64,000 nucleotides of DNA from positions 2,272,001 through 2,336,000 of the forward strand of contig CBDATQ010000001.1 in assembly GCA_965199955.1 (NCBI GenBank), read 5' to 3'. Below the pieces are notes generated by a model. That model was not told the DNA's origin and did no database searches. It saw nothing but the letters and a program-made list of their open reading frames with translations. Shown one piece after another: positions 31,241 to 42,065 of the stretch; the stretch's first letter is position 1, and each line of letters starts with the position of its first letter. A program made the position numbers and the translations under genes. This DNA is from Spirochaetia bacterium. Lineage in GTDB: Bacteria > Spirochaetota > Spirochaetia > SZUA-6 > Bin103.

Positions 31241-31730
31241 AATCCTGGGCATCGATCCCGGACTGGCCGCTACCGGGTACGGGGTGATCCAGGTCGAGGG
31301 CAGCCGCCTGCGCCACCTCGCGCACGGAGCGTTTACCACGGCGCCCGCCCAGGACCGGGGCGGGCGGCTGCTGGCGATTCGCGACGCCTTGGCCGCCGTT
31401 CTCGAGCGGTACCGCCCTGACCAGGCCGGTGTGGAGTCGCTGTTCTTCTCCCGTAATGTGCGCTCGGCACTGCCGGTGGCGGAGGCGCGCGGTGTCATCC
31501 TGATGTGCCTGGCCGACGCAGGGGTGACCGTCGGCGAACACACGCCGCTGCGCGTCAAGCAGGCCATCCTCGGCCACGGCAGCGCCGACAAGCAGCAGAT
31601 GACTGCGATGGTGCGGGTTCTGTTTCAGCTCGGACCTGACGAGCCTCTGCCTCACCACGCGGCTGACGCGCTGGCGGTCGCGGTGTGTCATGCTCACTCC
31701 TCACCCTTGGACGAGCGAGCACCCGAGTAG
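31233..31730 (+). CDS. ruvC: Holliday junction resolvase RuvC
   Basis: ILGIDPGL, VESLFF, EARGV, ADALAVAVCH; TTG start. Confidence 0.96.
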   Translation: MAVILGIDPGLAATGYGVIQVEGSRLRHLAHGAFTTAPAQDRGGRLLAIRDALAAVLERYRPDQAGVESLFFSRNVRSALPVAEARGVILMCLADAGVTVGEHTPLRVKQAILGHGSADKQQMTAMVRVLFQLGPDEPLPHHAADALAVAVCHAHSSPLDERAPE

Positions 31731-32318
31731 ATGTACAACAGCCTGACGGGCACGGTCACCTTCAAGGACCGCGAGCGGCTGTACCTGACGCTGGCAGGGG
31801 TCGAGTGGGACCTCGCCATCTCCGGCAGCACCGCGGACGCGCTGCCCGAGGCGGGCTTCGAAGCGAAAGTGTTCACTTTTATGCACCATCGCGAAGACGT
31901 CATGAAGCTCTACGGCTTCGCGTCCGCGGCCGAGCGGGAGCTGTTCCTCAAGCTCATGCAGGTCAACGGCGTCGGACCCCGCCTGATCACGAAGATGCTG
32001 TCGGCGGCGACCGAGGGCGACATCCGCGCCGCCGTGCAATCCGGTGACGCCGACGCCCTGGCGCGCGTGCCGGGACTGGGCGCCAAGAGCGCGCAGAAGA
32101 TCATCCTCGCTCTGCGCGGCAAGCTGCTGCCGCCGGCCGAGGTGTCCTCCGGGGTCGAGACCGAGCTGATCGGGGCGCTCACGGGCATGGGCTTCAACCA
32201 GCGTCAAGCGGCGCGGGCGGTCGCTGCCGCGATGCAGGAGTCCGAGCGGTCCGACAGCAGGCCGGATGAGGCGCAGCTGCTGCGCGCGGCCATCCAGATC
32301 CTGGGCGCCGGGAGGTGA
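31731..32318 (+). CDS. ruvA: Holliday junction branch migration protein RuvA
   Basis: REDVMKLYGF, VNGVGPR, VPGLGAKSAQKI. Confidence 0.96.
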   Translation: MYNSLTGTVTFKDRERLYLTLAGVEWDLAISGSTADALPEAGFEAKVFTFMHHREDVMKLYGFASAAERELFLKLMQVNGVGPRLITKMLSAATEGDIRAAVQSGDADALARVPGLGAKSAQKIILALRGKLLPPAEVSSGVETELIGALTGMGFNQRQAARAVAAAMQESERSDSRPDEAQLLRAAIQILGAGR

Positions 32319-33346
32319 GCGACCGCATCATGTCGCCCGGAGCGGGCTCGGGCGACGGGGACGAGGTCCGGCTGCGGCCGCGAGCGCTGCACGAATTCAT
32401 CGGCCAGAAGCAGTTGCGGGAGAATCTGCGCGTGTTCGTCAGCGCTGCCCGCGATCGCGCGGAAGCGCTCGACCACGTGTTCTTCTCCGGACCGCCGGGA
32501 CTGGGCAAGACCACCCTGGCGGCGATCGTCGCCAATGAGCTGGACGTCGAGTTCCGCAGCACCTCCGCGCCGGCGCTGGAGAAGACCGGGGATCTGGTGG
32601 CGATCCTGACCGGCCTGGGCCGCCACCACGTCTTCTTCATCGACGAGATTCATCGCCTTCGGCCGCCGATCGAGGAGTTGCTGTACACGGCGATGGAGGA
32701 CTACGAGGTGGACGTGGTCATCGGCGAGGGGCCGAGCGCCCGCACCATCAAGATCTCGCTCCCCCGTTTCACGCTGATCGGCGCCACCACCAAGACCGGG
32801 CTGGTGTCCGCGCCGCTGTATTCGCGGTTCGGGATCACCGCGCGGCTGGACCTGTATGACCAGGAGGAGCTGGAGCAGATCGTCGATCGCACGGCCTCGC
32901 TGTTGTCCATGGAGATGGCGCCGGACCTGAGGCCGCTGCTGGCGCGGAGCTCCCGCGGCACGCCGCGCGTGGCCATCCGCTTGGTGCGGCGCATGCGGGA
33001 CTACGCGCAGGTCTGGGGCGACGGCACCCTGACCGGTGCGATCGTCGACCGCGGCCTGCGCGCGCTGGGCATCGACCGGTACGGGCTGGACCGTACCGAC
33101 CGGGAGATCCTGTCGATCATCATCGAACGCTACGCGGGCGGTCCGGTCGGCGTGGAGACGCTGGCGATCTCCCTGGGGGAGACGGCGGACACGGTGGAGG
33201 ACGTGTACGAGCCGTTTCTCGTGCAGAGCGGGTTCCTGAAGCGCACCGCCCGCGGCCGCGTCGTGACCGATCTTGCCGTTCGCCATGTCGGCGGAGCCGC
33301 AGGCAGTCAGGAGGGAACCGGTGCTCGTCCGGGACTTCTCTTTTGA
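32315..33346 (+). CDS. ruvB: Holliday junction ATPase RuvB
   Basis: LRP..EFIGQ, GPPGLGKTT, FIDEIHRL, SRGTPR, GGPVG. Confidence 0.98.
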   Translation: MSDRIMSPGAGSGDGDEVRLRPRALHEFIGQKQLRENLRVFVSAARDRAEALDHVFFSGPPGLGKTTLAAIVANELDVEFRSTSAPALEKTGDLVAILTGLGRHHVFFIDEIHRLRPPIEELLYTAMEDYEVDVVIGEGPSARTIKISLPRFTLIGATTKTGLVSAPLYSRFGITARLDLYDQEELEQIVDRTASLLSMEMAPDLRPLLARSSRGTPRVAIRLVRRMRDYAQVWGDGTLTGAIVDRGLRALGIDRYGLDRTDREILSIIIERYAGGPVGVETLAISLGETADTVEDVYEPFLVQSGFLKRTARGRVVTDLAVRHVGGAAGSQEGTGARPGLLF

Positions 33347-34352
33347 GGTCCCGCCGCAGCTCGTCGCGCAGCGGCCAGCGGGGAGGCGCGGCGCCGAGCG
33401 GCTCATGGTCGTCGACCGGTCCCGCGCCGACAACCGGCACACGACCATGGCGGCCCTTCCGGAGCTGCTGCCCGCAGGGTCCGTGCTGGTGCTCAACGAC
33501 TCGCGCGTACGCAAGGCGCGGGTGTTCGGATCCTCCCAGAACGGCGGGGCGGTGGAGCTGGTCTTCCTGGAAGAAGTCGGCCCCGGACGCTGGCGGGCGC
33601 TGGCGCGCCGGGCGCGGCGCCAGCGGGTAGGCAAGCGCCTGTTCCTGCCCGAGGACGTCGAGGCGCGCATCGCTGCCGTCCACGGCGATCAGCGCGAGCT
33701 GGAGCTGGACCCGCCGGTCGGGGAGGACTACTTCGAACGCAACGGCGCGATGCCGCTTCCGCCGTACATCGAGCGTGCGCCGGACGCGCAGGACGACGCC
33801 CGCTACCAGACGGTGTACGCACGCGAGTTCGGCTCGGCTGCGGCGCCGACCGCAGGGCTGCACCTGACTCCGGAGCTCCTCCAGACGATCCGGGCGCGCG
33901 GAATCGACGTCCAGCGCGTGACGTTGCACGTCGGCGCGGGAACGTTTCAGCCGATCCGCACCGAGCGCCTCGAGGACCACCGCATGCACGCCGAGTCGGC
34001 GGCGCTGAGCCGTCCGGCGGCGGCGGCGATCGAGGCGGCGCGTCGCGGCGGCCGCGACGTGATCGCGGTCGGCACCACGGTGGTCCGCGCCCTGGAGTCA
34101 CGGGCGGCCGCCGCCGGTGACCGCTACGGAGCGCTGGCGCCCGGCCGGTGGCGCACCGACCTGTTCATCCGGCCCGGCTACCGGTTCCGGGTGGTCACGC
34201 GCCTGCTGACCAATCTGCACACGCCGGGATCGACCCTGGTTGCCCTGGTGGCGGCCCTCGCCGGCCGCGAGCGGCTCCTGTCCGCGTACGGGGAGGCGGT
34301 GTCGCGTGGCTACCGGTTCTTTTCCTACGGCGACGCCATGCTGATCCTGTAA
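33321..34352 (+). CDS. queA: S-adenosylmethionine:tRNA ribosyltransferase-isomerase
   Basis: PLPPYI, YQTVYA, AAPTAGLH, TLHVGAGTF, YRFFSYGDAM. Confidence 0.96.
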   Translation: MLVRDFSFEVPPQLVAQRPAGRRGAERLMVVDRSRADNRHTTMAALPELLPAGSVLVLNDSRVRKARVFGSSQNGGAVELVFLEEVGPGRWRALARRARRQRVGKRLFLPEDVEARIAAVHGDQRELELDPPVGEDYFERNGAMPLPPYIERAPDAQDDARYQTVYAREFGSAAAPTAGLHLTPELLQTIRARGIDVQRVTLHVGAGTFQPIRTERLEDHRMHAESAALSRPAAAAIEAARRGGRDVIAVGTTVVRALESRAAAAGDRYGALAPGRWRTDLFIRPGYRFRVVTRLLTNLHTPGSTLVALVAALAGRERLLSAYGEAVSRGYRFFSYGDAMLIL

Positions 34353-34428
34353 CGGGCGGGCACTGTAACGAAACGCGCCGCCGTTGGTCTCATTGGAGGA
34401 TGCCCTCGCGGTGCGCGCCTGGACGGGA

Positions 34429-35058
34429 TCAGTCGAGTCCGAGGACCGGCCACAGCCGGGAGAACACCTCCTCCGGGCTGCCCGAGCCGTCGACCCGGTG
34501 AACCATCACCCCGCGCGCCTGCAACCGATCCAGGGCATGCCCGTAGGCGGCGAGCACCCGCTGCTGTGTCGCGGCCGCGTCGAATCGCTGCGGGACTCGA
34601 TCGCGGCCGCGCAACCGTTCCTGGCAGAGCTCGACCGGGCTGGTCAGGAACACCACGAGGCCGGGCAGGGGCGAGGCTTCGTTGACCGTCTCGATAAAGT
34701 CTGCAGGGACATCCAGGCTCTGGTACGCCAGACTGGATGCGATGCAGCGATCGCTGATCACCACGTCTCCGGCAGCGTGGCGATCGAGGATGCCGCCGGC
34801 CCCGTGGCAGTGCTCGGCCCGGTCGGCGGCGAACAGCAACGCGAAGGCTCTGCCGGACACCGGTTGGCGCGTCGCCAGCAGCGAGCGGATGAGCTGGCCG
34901 ATCGGCCCATCGGTGGGTTCGCGGGTACGGAAGTGGCGCACGCCGCACGCGCGCAGGCGGTCGGCGATCAGTCCCACCTGCGTCGTCGTGCCCGCACCGT
35001 CGAGGCCTTCGACCGCAACGAATCGCGGCAGGATCCGGTTGCCGCTTCGGTCCATCAC
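34429..35058 (-). CDS. tmk: Thymidylate kinase
   Basis: EGLDGAGTTTQ, TREP, LLFAADR, ISDR..SSLAYQ. Confidence 0.92.
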   Translation of the reverse strand: MMDRSGNRILPRFVAVEGLDGAGTTTQVGLIADRLRACGVRHFRTREPTDGPIGQLIRSLLATRQPVSGRAFALLFAADRAEHCHGAGGILDRHAAGDVVISDRCIASSLAYQSLDVPADFIETVNEASPLPGLVVFLTSPVELCQERLRGRDRVPQRFDAAATQQRVLAAYGHALDRLQARGVMVHRVDGSGSPEEVFSRLWPVLGLD

Positions 35059-35061
35059 GCT

Positions 35062-35532
35062 ATGATCTCACCGATCATCATGATCGCACCGATCGCCGTG
35101 ACACCAACCGGGCACCTCCGCCGTGTCTCCATCCTGGCGCTGTTGCTGGTCGCGCTTTCGGTTCCGGGCCAGGAGGCGGAAGCGCCCGTGTCCGGGGCGA
35201 GTCCCCTGAGTGTGCCCGACATCGTCATCACCGGCGAGGATGCGATCATCATCGTTCCGCCATTGCCGGTTCTGCCCGGCGGCAGCATACCCGTGCCGCG
35301 GGTCGAATTGCAGCCGCTACCGTTCCAGCCGCACCCGACAGGGTGCGACGTGAGTGATGCCGCGCCGGTGATCGAACCGGTATGCATCGATCTGTCCGCA
35401 TTCTCGGACTGGCTGCCATTCTTCCTGGCGCCCGGCGAGCCTCCGATCCCGGAAATGCACGCCTTGGGCATCCTTCATTCCGCGACGGCACGCGACAACA
35501 TCAGCGCTCAGAGCAACGGGGGAGACGAGTGA
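35062..35532 (+). CDS. Hypothetical Pro-rich exported protein
   Basis: Signal-like RRVSILALLLVAL; PDIVITGED; GTGA overlap with exbB; start uncertain. Confidence 0.55.
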   Translation: MISPIIMIAPIAVTPTGHLRRVSILALLLVALSVPGQEAEAPVSGASPLSVPDIVITGEDAIIIVPPLPVLPGGSIPVPRVELQPLPFQPHPTGCDVSDAAPVIEPVCIDLSAFSDWLPFFLAPGEPPIPEMHALGILHSATARDNISAQSNGGDE

Positions 35533-36152
35533 TAGAGTTTTTATTGCGCGGCGGCATATTCCTGTGGCCGATCGGCCTGCTGTCGGTCGCAGCCCTCTAC
35601 CTGATCATCGAGCGGGCGATCTACTTCCTGCAGTCGCGACCCACTCCGCAGATCCAGCAGGCGCTGACCGCGTTCCTTGGCGGCGAGCCGCCGACGAGCC
35701 TGGAGGAGACGCTTGGATCGAGCATCGCGCCGGAAGCGACGCTGGCGCGCGTCGGTCTGGACGCCCAGGGGGCGGACCCGGGCGATGCGCACCGCCGGCT
35801 GGAGCGTTCCCTGCTTAAGGTCGTCACCGACCTGGAGCACAACGTCGCGCCGCTCGGCAGCATCGCCAACGTGGCCACCCTCCTGGGGCTGCTGGGAACG
35901 GTGGTCGGCATGATCGCCGCCTTCATCGGCATGGGAGGCGTCGCCACGGCGGACATGGGCGGACTGACGCAGGGGATCTCGCAGGCGATGGTCACCACCG
36001 CCGCCGGGCTCGGCGTCGCCGTGCCGGCGACGTTCTTTCACCACATGTACGCCAACTACGTGAAGAGACGCACCTCGGAACTGAACGTCACTACCTCCGA
36101 GCTGGAGTCGCTGGTGGTGGCCGTCAGCGACGGTGCCGAGCAGGTACGGTGA
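35529..36152 (+). CDS. exbB: MotA/TolQ/ExbB proton channel protein
   Basis: ATLLGLLGTVVGMI, GISQAMVTTAAGLGVAVPA. Confidence 0.92.
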   Translation: MIEFLLRGGIFLWPIGLLSVAALYLIIERAIYFLQSRPTPQIQQALTAFLGGEPPTSLEETLGSSIAPEATLARVGLDAQGADPGDAHRRLERSLLKVVTDLEHNVAPLGSIANVATLLGLLGTVVGMIAAFIGMGGVATADMGGLTQGISQAMVTTAAGLGVAVPATFFHHMYANYVKRRTSELNVTTSELESLVVAVSDGAEQVR

Positions 36153-36570
36153 CCCGCCGGGGCGCCATCCGGGTCACCGGCAGCGATCTGGGCGTGTCAT
36201 CCGCCCCGCCGCTGACGGCGCTCATCGACGTGATCTTCCTGGTGGTCATCTTCTTCATGATCAACGCCGTGTTCGCGGTGACATCGCAGATCCCGGTCGA
36301 TCTTCCCGACGAACCGGGAGACGCCACGTCCGGCAGCCGCGCCATCATGGTCACGATCGACGCCGCCGGGCTGATCTACGTGGACGAAGAGCCGTTCTAC
36401 GCCGAGGAGCTGGTCGAAGTGCTGCGCGAGAAGCATGAGAGCGACCCCGAACTCGCCGTCTACGTCAATGCCGACGCCACTATTCCGTACCAGGTCCTGG
36501 TCGACGTGCTCGGCGCGGTCCGAGACGCTGGAATCCTCAAGCTGTCTCTGTTGACCGACCCCGAATCCGC

Positions 36571-36574
<4 letters not shown>
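36149..36574 (+). CDS. exbD: ExbD/TolR biopolymer transport protein
   Basis: [26 protein letters not shown]. Confidence 0.92.
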
Positions 36575-37643
<1,069 letters not shown>

Positions 37644-37647
<4 letters not shown>

Positions 37648-40600
37648 TGAGGGCTCGCCAGCGGCGGCGGCTTCCCCGAGCGGCGATCGTCACGATCGAG
37701 ATCACCGTGTTCGTCGCCCTGTTCGCGGCCGTCGTGTTCGGCCTGGGCTATGCGCGCGACCGTCTGGACCGGATGGTCGGCCGCCTGCGAGAGCAGGTGT
37801 CCGTGCAGGTGGCCGACCGGCTCGGAGCACGGATTCGTACCGGCGAGGTTTCCCGGTCCGCGCTGCGCGCACTGCAGGTCAGCGACCTGGAGCTGCTCGG
37901 CGCTTCCGGTGACGTGTTGCTGTCGGCGCGCCGCCTGCGTGTTCACTACTCCCTGCGTACGCTGCTGAGCACGCGTAGCGCAGTGGACGCCGTAAGCCGG
38001 GTCGAGTTGACCGGCGTGGTGGCGAACCTGCAGTTGCCGCGCGACCAAGGCCCGGTCTCCGCCGCGCTCGGCGGGGTCGGCGCCGCCGCCGACGGCGCCG
38101 TGCAGCAATCGGTTCTGCCGTGGCCACTGACCGTCGCCGATGCGCGCGTCACAATCACAGCGGGCTCCGACCGCCTGGACCTGCGCGAGCTGTCCCTGCG
38201 GCTGGAACCGGACGGCGACGGCGTGCGCATCGTCGACGCGCGCGCCCGTCTGGATGCCGCACTCGCCGGCGTGGCCGGTCACGAAGCGACCCTGGACACC
38301 AGGATCCGCGTCGACGGACGCCTGGGACCGGGGCGGGAAGCCTCGCGGACGACGGTTCGCGTCGGCGACGTGCAGAGCAACCTCGGCACCCTGCCCGCCC
38401 TCGAGGTACAGGCCGCGTGGGACGGAACGACGATCTCCCTGACGGCGCTGCCCGATGATCGCGGATCGGTGCTCAGGGTCTGGATCGACCCGGAGCGACG
38501 GCTGATCCGCGCCGACCTGCGGGCCGAGCAGCTCCACCCGCTGGGTGTCGTTCGGCCCGCGGGGCCGCTCGGCCACCTGCGTCCCTGGTTCGACACGACC
38601 GTGAGCGGAACGGCCACGATCATCGCCGGCCCCGCCAGCGTTCTAAGCTACGATGCCGACATCGATTTCGTCGCTCCTCCCGCGTCTCTCGGCGAGTTGC
38701 CGCCGGGGCCCGTGGAGGTGGATCTCACCGTGCACGGCGACGGGAAGATCGCGACGTTCGCGCCCCTCGTGCTGCGTTCGGCCGGCGCCGCCGCCCGCTA
38801 CGACGGCACGATCGACACCGGCACCGGAGTCGCGGTCGGCCGGCTGGCGGTGACGGGCCTGGATCTGGACGGCCGACCGATCGACGCGAGCGCCGAGGTG
38901 GAGGCCGACCTGCAGCAGCGGCGGCTGACGCTGGAGGAGGGCGCAGCGGCTATCGGCGATGTGGCGGTGACGCAACTGACCGGTCGCGTGGCTCTTTCCG
39001 GTGCCGCGTCCGACGGCACGGCGGCCACCGCCTCGCCATCTCTGCGGATCGCTCTGACCGGGATCCCGCCCGCCTCACCCGACGGAACGGTGGCGGTGAC
39101 CGGGTCCGTCACCCTGGGGCCACGGCCTGGGTTCGCCGGCCGCGTCGACCTCGAGAACGTGGACGCAGGCGTCCTGTACGGTCTGCTCCGCCCGGCGGAC
39201 CCGGACGACTCGGAGGCTTCCGACCTGACCGACAGGCTGGTCGTCAGCGCACAGTTGGAAGGGTCGGTCGGGCCCGACCTGCTGGCCTTGCAGGTCTCGG
39301 CGGCTTCCGTGGTCCAGAGGGACGGTCCCCTGCGCGCCCGTTTTGACGCGGTCGCCACGGAACGGTCGCTGGACATTACCGATCTGGATCTGGTCGTCGG
39401 CCCTTCCACTCGCGCCATCGGCAGCGCCACGCTGGACGCCGAACGGATGTCATTCTCCGGGGAGATCGAGATGGACGGCGAGCGGGCGGCCGGCACGATC
39501 CGCCTGGAGACAGGTGACGGAGTCACCGTGCGCGGGCCGTGGGGGCTGATAGTGCAGATGTGGCCGGATGAGAAACTGCGGCCGGCGGACGTATTGGAGC
39601 GCATCGTGGAAACGGAGGAGGGAAGGCCCGCGCCGTTCCGATTGAGCATCGAGGGCTATCCGCTTGCTGCGTTGGGCGACGACGTTACGGCCGACGCCGT
39701 GCTCGCCGGCACCATAGAGCGCCCGTCGGCGTTCCTCGGCAGTCTCGATCCGGGCGGCGGCGGTGCGGATGCGTTGACGCATCTGGGCGCCGCCGGCGTC
39801 GCCCTGGACGACTCACGGCTTGTCCTGCGCGGCCTGACCGTCGGCGACCTCCCGGCCCGCCTGGAGATCGACTTCGGTTACGACCTTGACGTGCTCAGCG
39901 CCGACCGCATTCGCTTCGCGCTCGGCGAGCAGGACCTCACCGGCAAGGGCACTCTGAACGTAACGACGCACGACGGATTCCGCGTCGCCGGTCAGGTATT
40001 GCTGGAGGGCGGGCAGGAACGCTACGACGCCGCCGTCTCGATCGCTCCCGGCCAGCTCGACGTCGGCGTCGACGTGAACCTCCTGCGGCTGGATCGCCTT
40101 GTGCCTCTGCCGATCCCCGGCACCGCTTCCGGCCGAATTCGGATCACCGGGTCCCTCGCGCAGCCGCTGATCACCGCGGAGCTGATGTCCGATGACGTCC
40201 CCCTCGGTGAGGACTACGTGACGCTGGCGCTGCAGAGCACGTATGACGGGCGGCGCATCGTCATCGACGACCTAGCGGCCGATTTCCGGGACCACCGGAT
40301 CCGCGGAGTAGCCGGAAGCATCGATACGAGCACCGGAACCGTAGGCCTGGGAGGACGCTACGAGGGCGAGTACCTGGGGCAACCGCTGTCGCTCGATCTG
40401 GCCGTGACCGGGACGGCATCGTTCGCCGCGGGTCCGGCCCCCGAGCGGTCCCTGCCCGTGGAAGCCGTCCTGACCGTCGCGGCCACCGCGGTGACGGTCG
40501 GCGGCCTGAGCAAGCCGTCCTGGGACGCCGCGGTCCGGTGGGAGGGGGATGGGCTCGCCTTCTCGGGCGGCCCTCTTGACGGCCTCTCGGGCAGGATCGC

Positions 40601-42065
40601 GACGGACGGAACCTTCGCAGTGGAGGCTTCGGCGCCACTGCCGCTCCAGGGCAGCGCGTCGGGGACGCTGTCCGGCAGCGACTTGTCCACGGACCTGTCG
40701 ATCGCGGCGCTGGATCTGACACTCCTCAACACCCTCATTCACACCACGGCCGTGACGGTCCTCGCCGGCTCCGCCGCCGGAACCGTGCGCCTCCACGGCC
40801 CGATCAACGACCCCGCCATGCTTGGCACCCTGCAGGCGACCGGCGTGGTCCTGGAGTCGACGCTGATCCCGCAACGCGTCGGACCGCTGGCGTTTCCCGT
40901 GGCTGCCGCCAACCGGGAGCTCACGGTGAGGCGCACACGCCCGGAACGGGGCGTCGCCCCGGTGGTGGTGAACGGGACAGTGCGGTTCGGGCAGTGGGCG
41001 CCGGTCGCCTATGACTTCAGCGTGCAGACCGCGAACGGGGACGGGGTTCCCGTCGACTATCGCTTCGGGCCGATTTCCGTCACGGGCGTCGCCCGGGGCG
41101 GCGTGCAGATCACGGGCGATCGGGAGTCCACCCACATCGCGGGCTCCGTCGAGGCCGACCCGGCGCGCGTGTTCATCGACAACGAAGGACGCGGCTCGGC
41201 CCCAGCCTGGGAACCGCTGACGGTCGAGCTTGCGGTCACCACCGGCCGCGGCGTCGAGTTGACCTGGCCTTCGGACGACCTGCCGATCCTGGAGGCGCTG
41301 GTCGACGTGGGTCAGACGGTTGCGGTCAGCTACGACGGATTCAGCGGCGATTATTCGGTCGTGGGAGACGTGGCGATCCGCCGTGGCGAGCTGTTTTTCT
41401 TCAACCGCACCTTCGTACTGCGCGATGGACTGGTCTCATTCGCCGAGGACGGAGGACGCTTCGATCCGATGGTCACGGTCCGGGCCGAGACTCGCGAGCG
41501 AAGCCCGGACGACGGCACGCTGTCGATCTACCTGGATGCGGACTCGCCGCTGAGCGCGCTCAGCCCACAGACCGTGCGGCTCAGCTCCCAACCGGCGCGA
41601 CCCCTGCCCGAACTGCGCGCGATGCTGGGCGGGCCGTTCGCCGATGGCACGGCGGACGAAGACATCGACCTGCTGGCTGTGGCCGGCGGCATGGCCACGC
41701 AGTTTGGAGTGGTCCGCCCCATGGAGCGGGCGCTGCGCGACTCACTCGGACTCGACCTGTTCAGCATACGCTCGCAGCTCGTGGAAAACCTGCTGCGCAC
41801 CCCACTCGGCGTCTCCAGCCCCGACCTGCTCGACAACACGGAAATCGTCGTGGGCAAGTATCTTGGCGATGACCTGTTCTTCGAGGCGCTCGTGCGGGTA
41901 GAATCCGACACCGTGTCGCCCGTACCCGAGTTGCGCACCGACCTGGAGCTCAGCCTGGAATGGGCGACGCCATTTTTTCTCCTGGAGTGGTCCGTCTTGC
42001 CGTCCCTCACTGACCCGTTTCAGACCGGCAGCGCATTGTCGCTGTCATGGAGCTTCAACTACTGA
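37644..42065 (+). CDS. tamB: Translocation/assembly module TamB-like protein
   Basis: 1473 aa, N-terminal TM, beta-rich; C-terminal [28 protein letters not shown]; directly upstream of bamA. Confidence 0.85.
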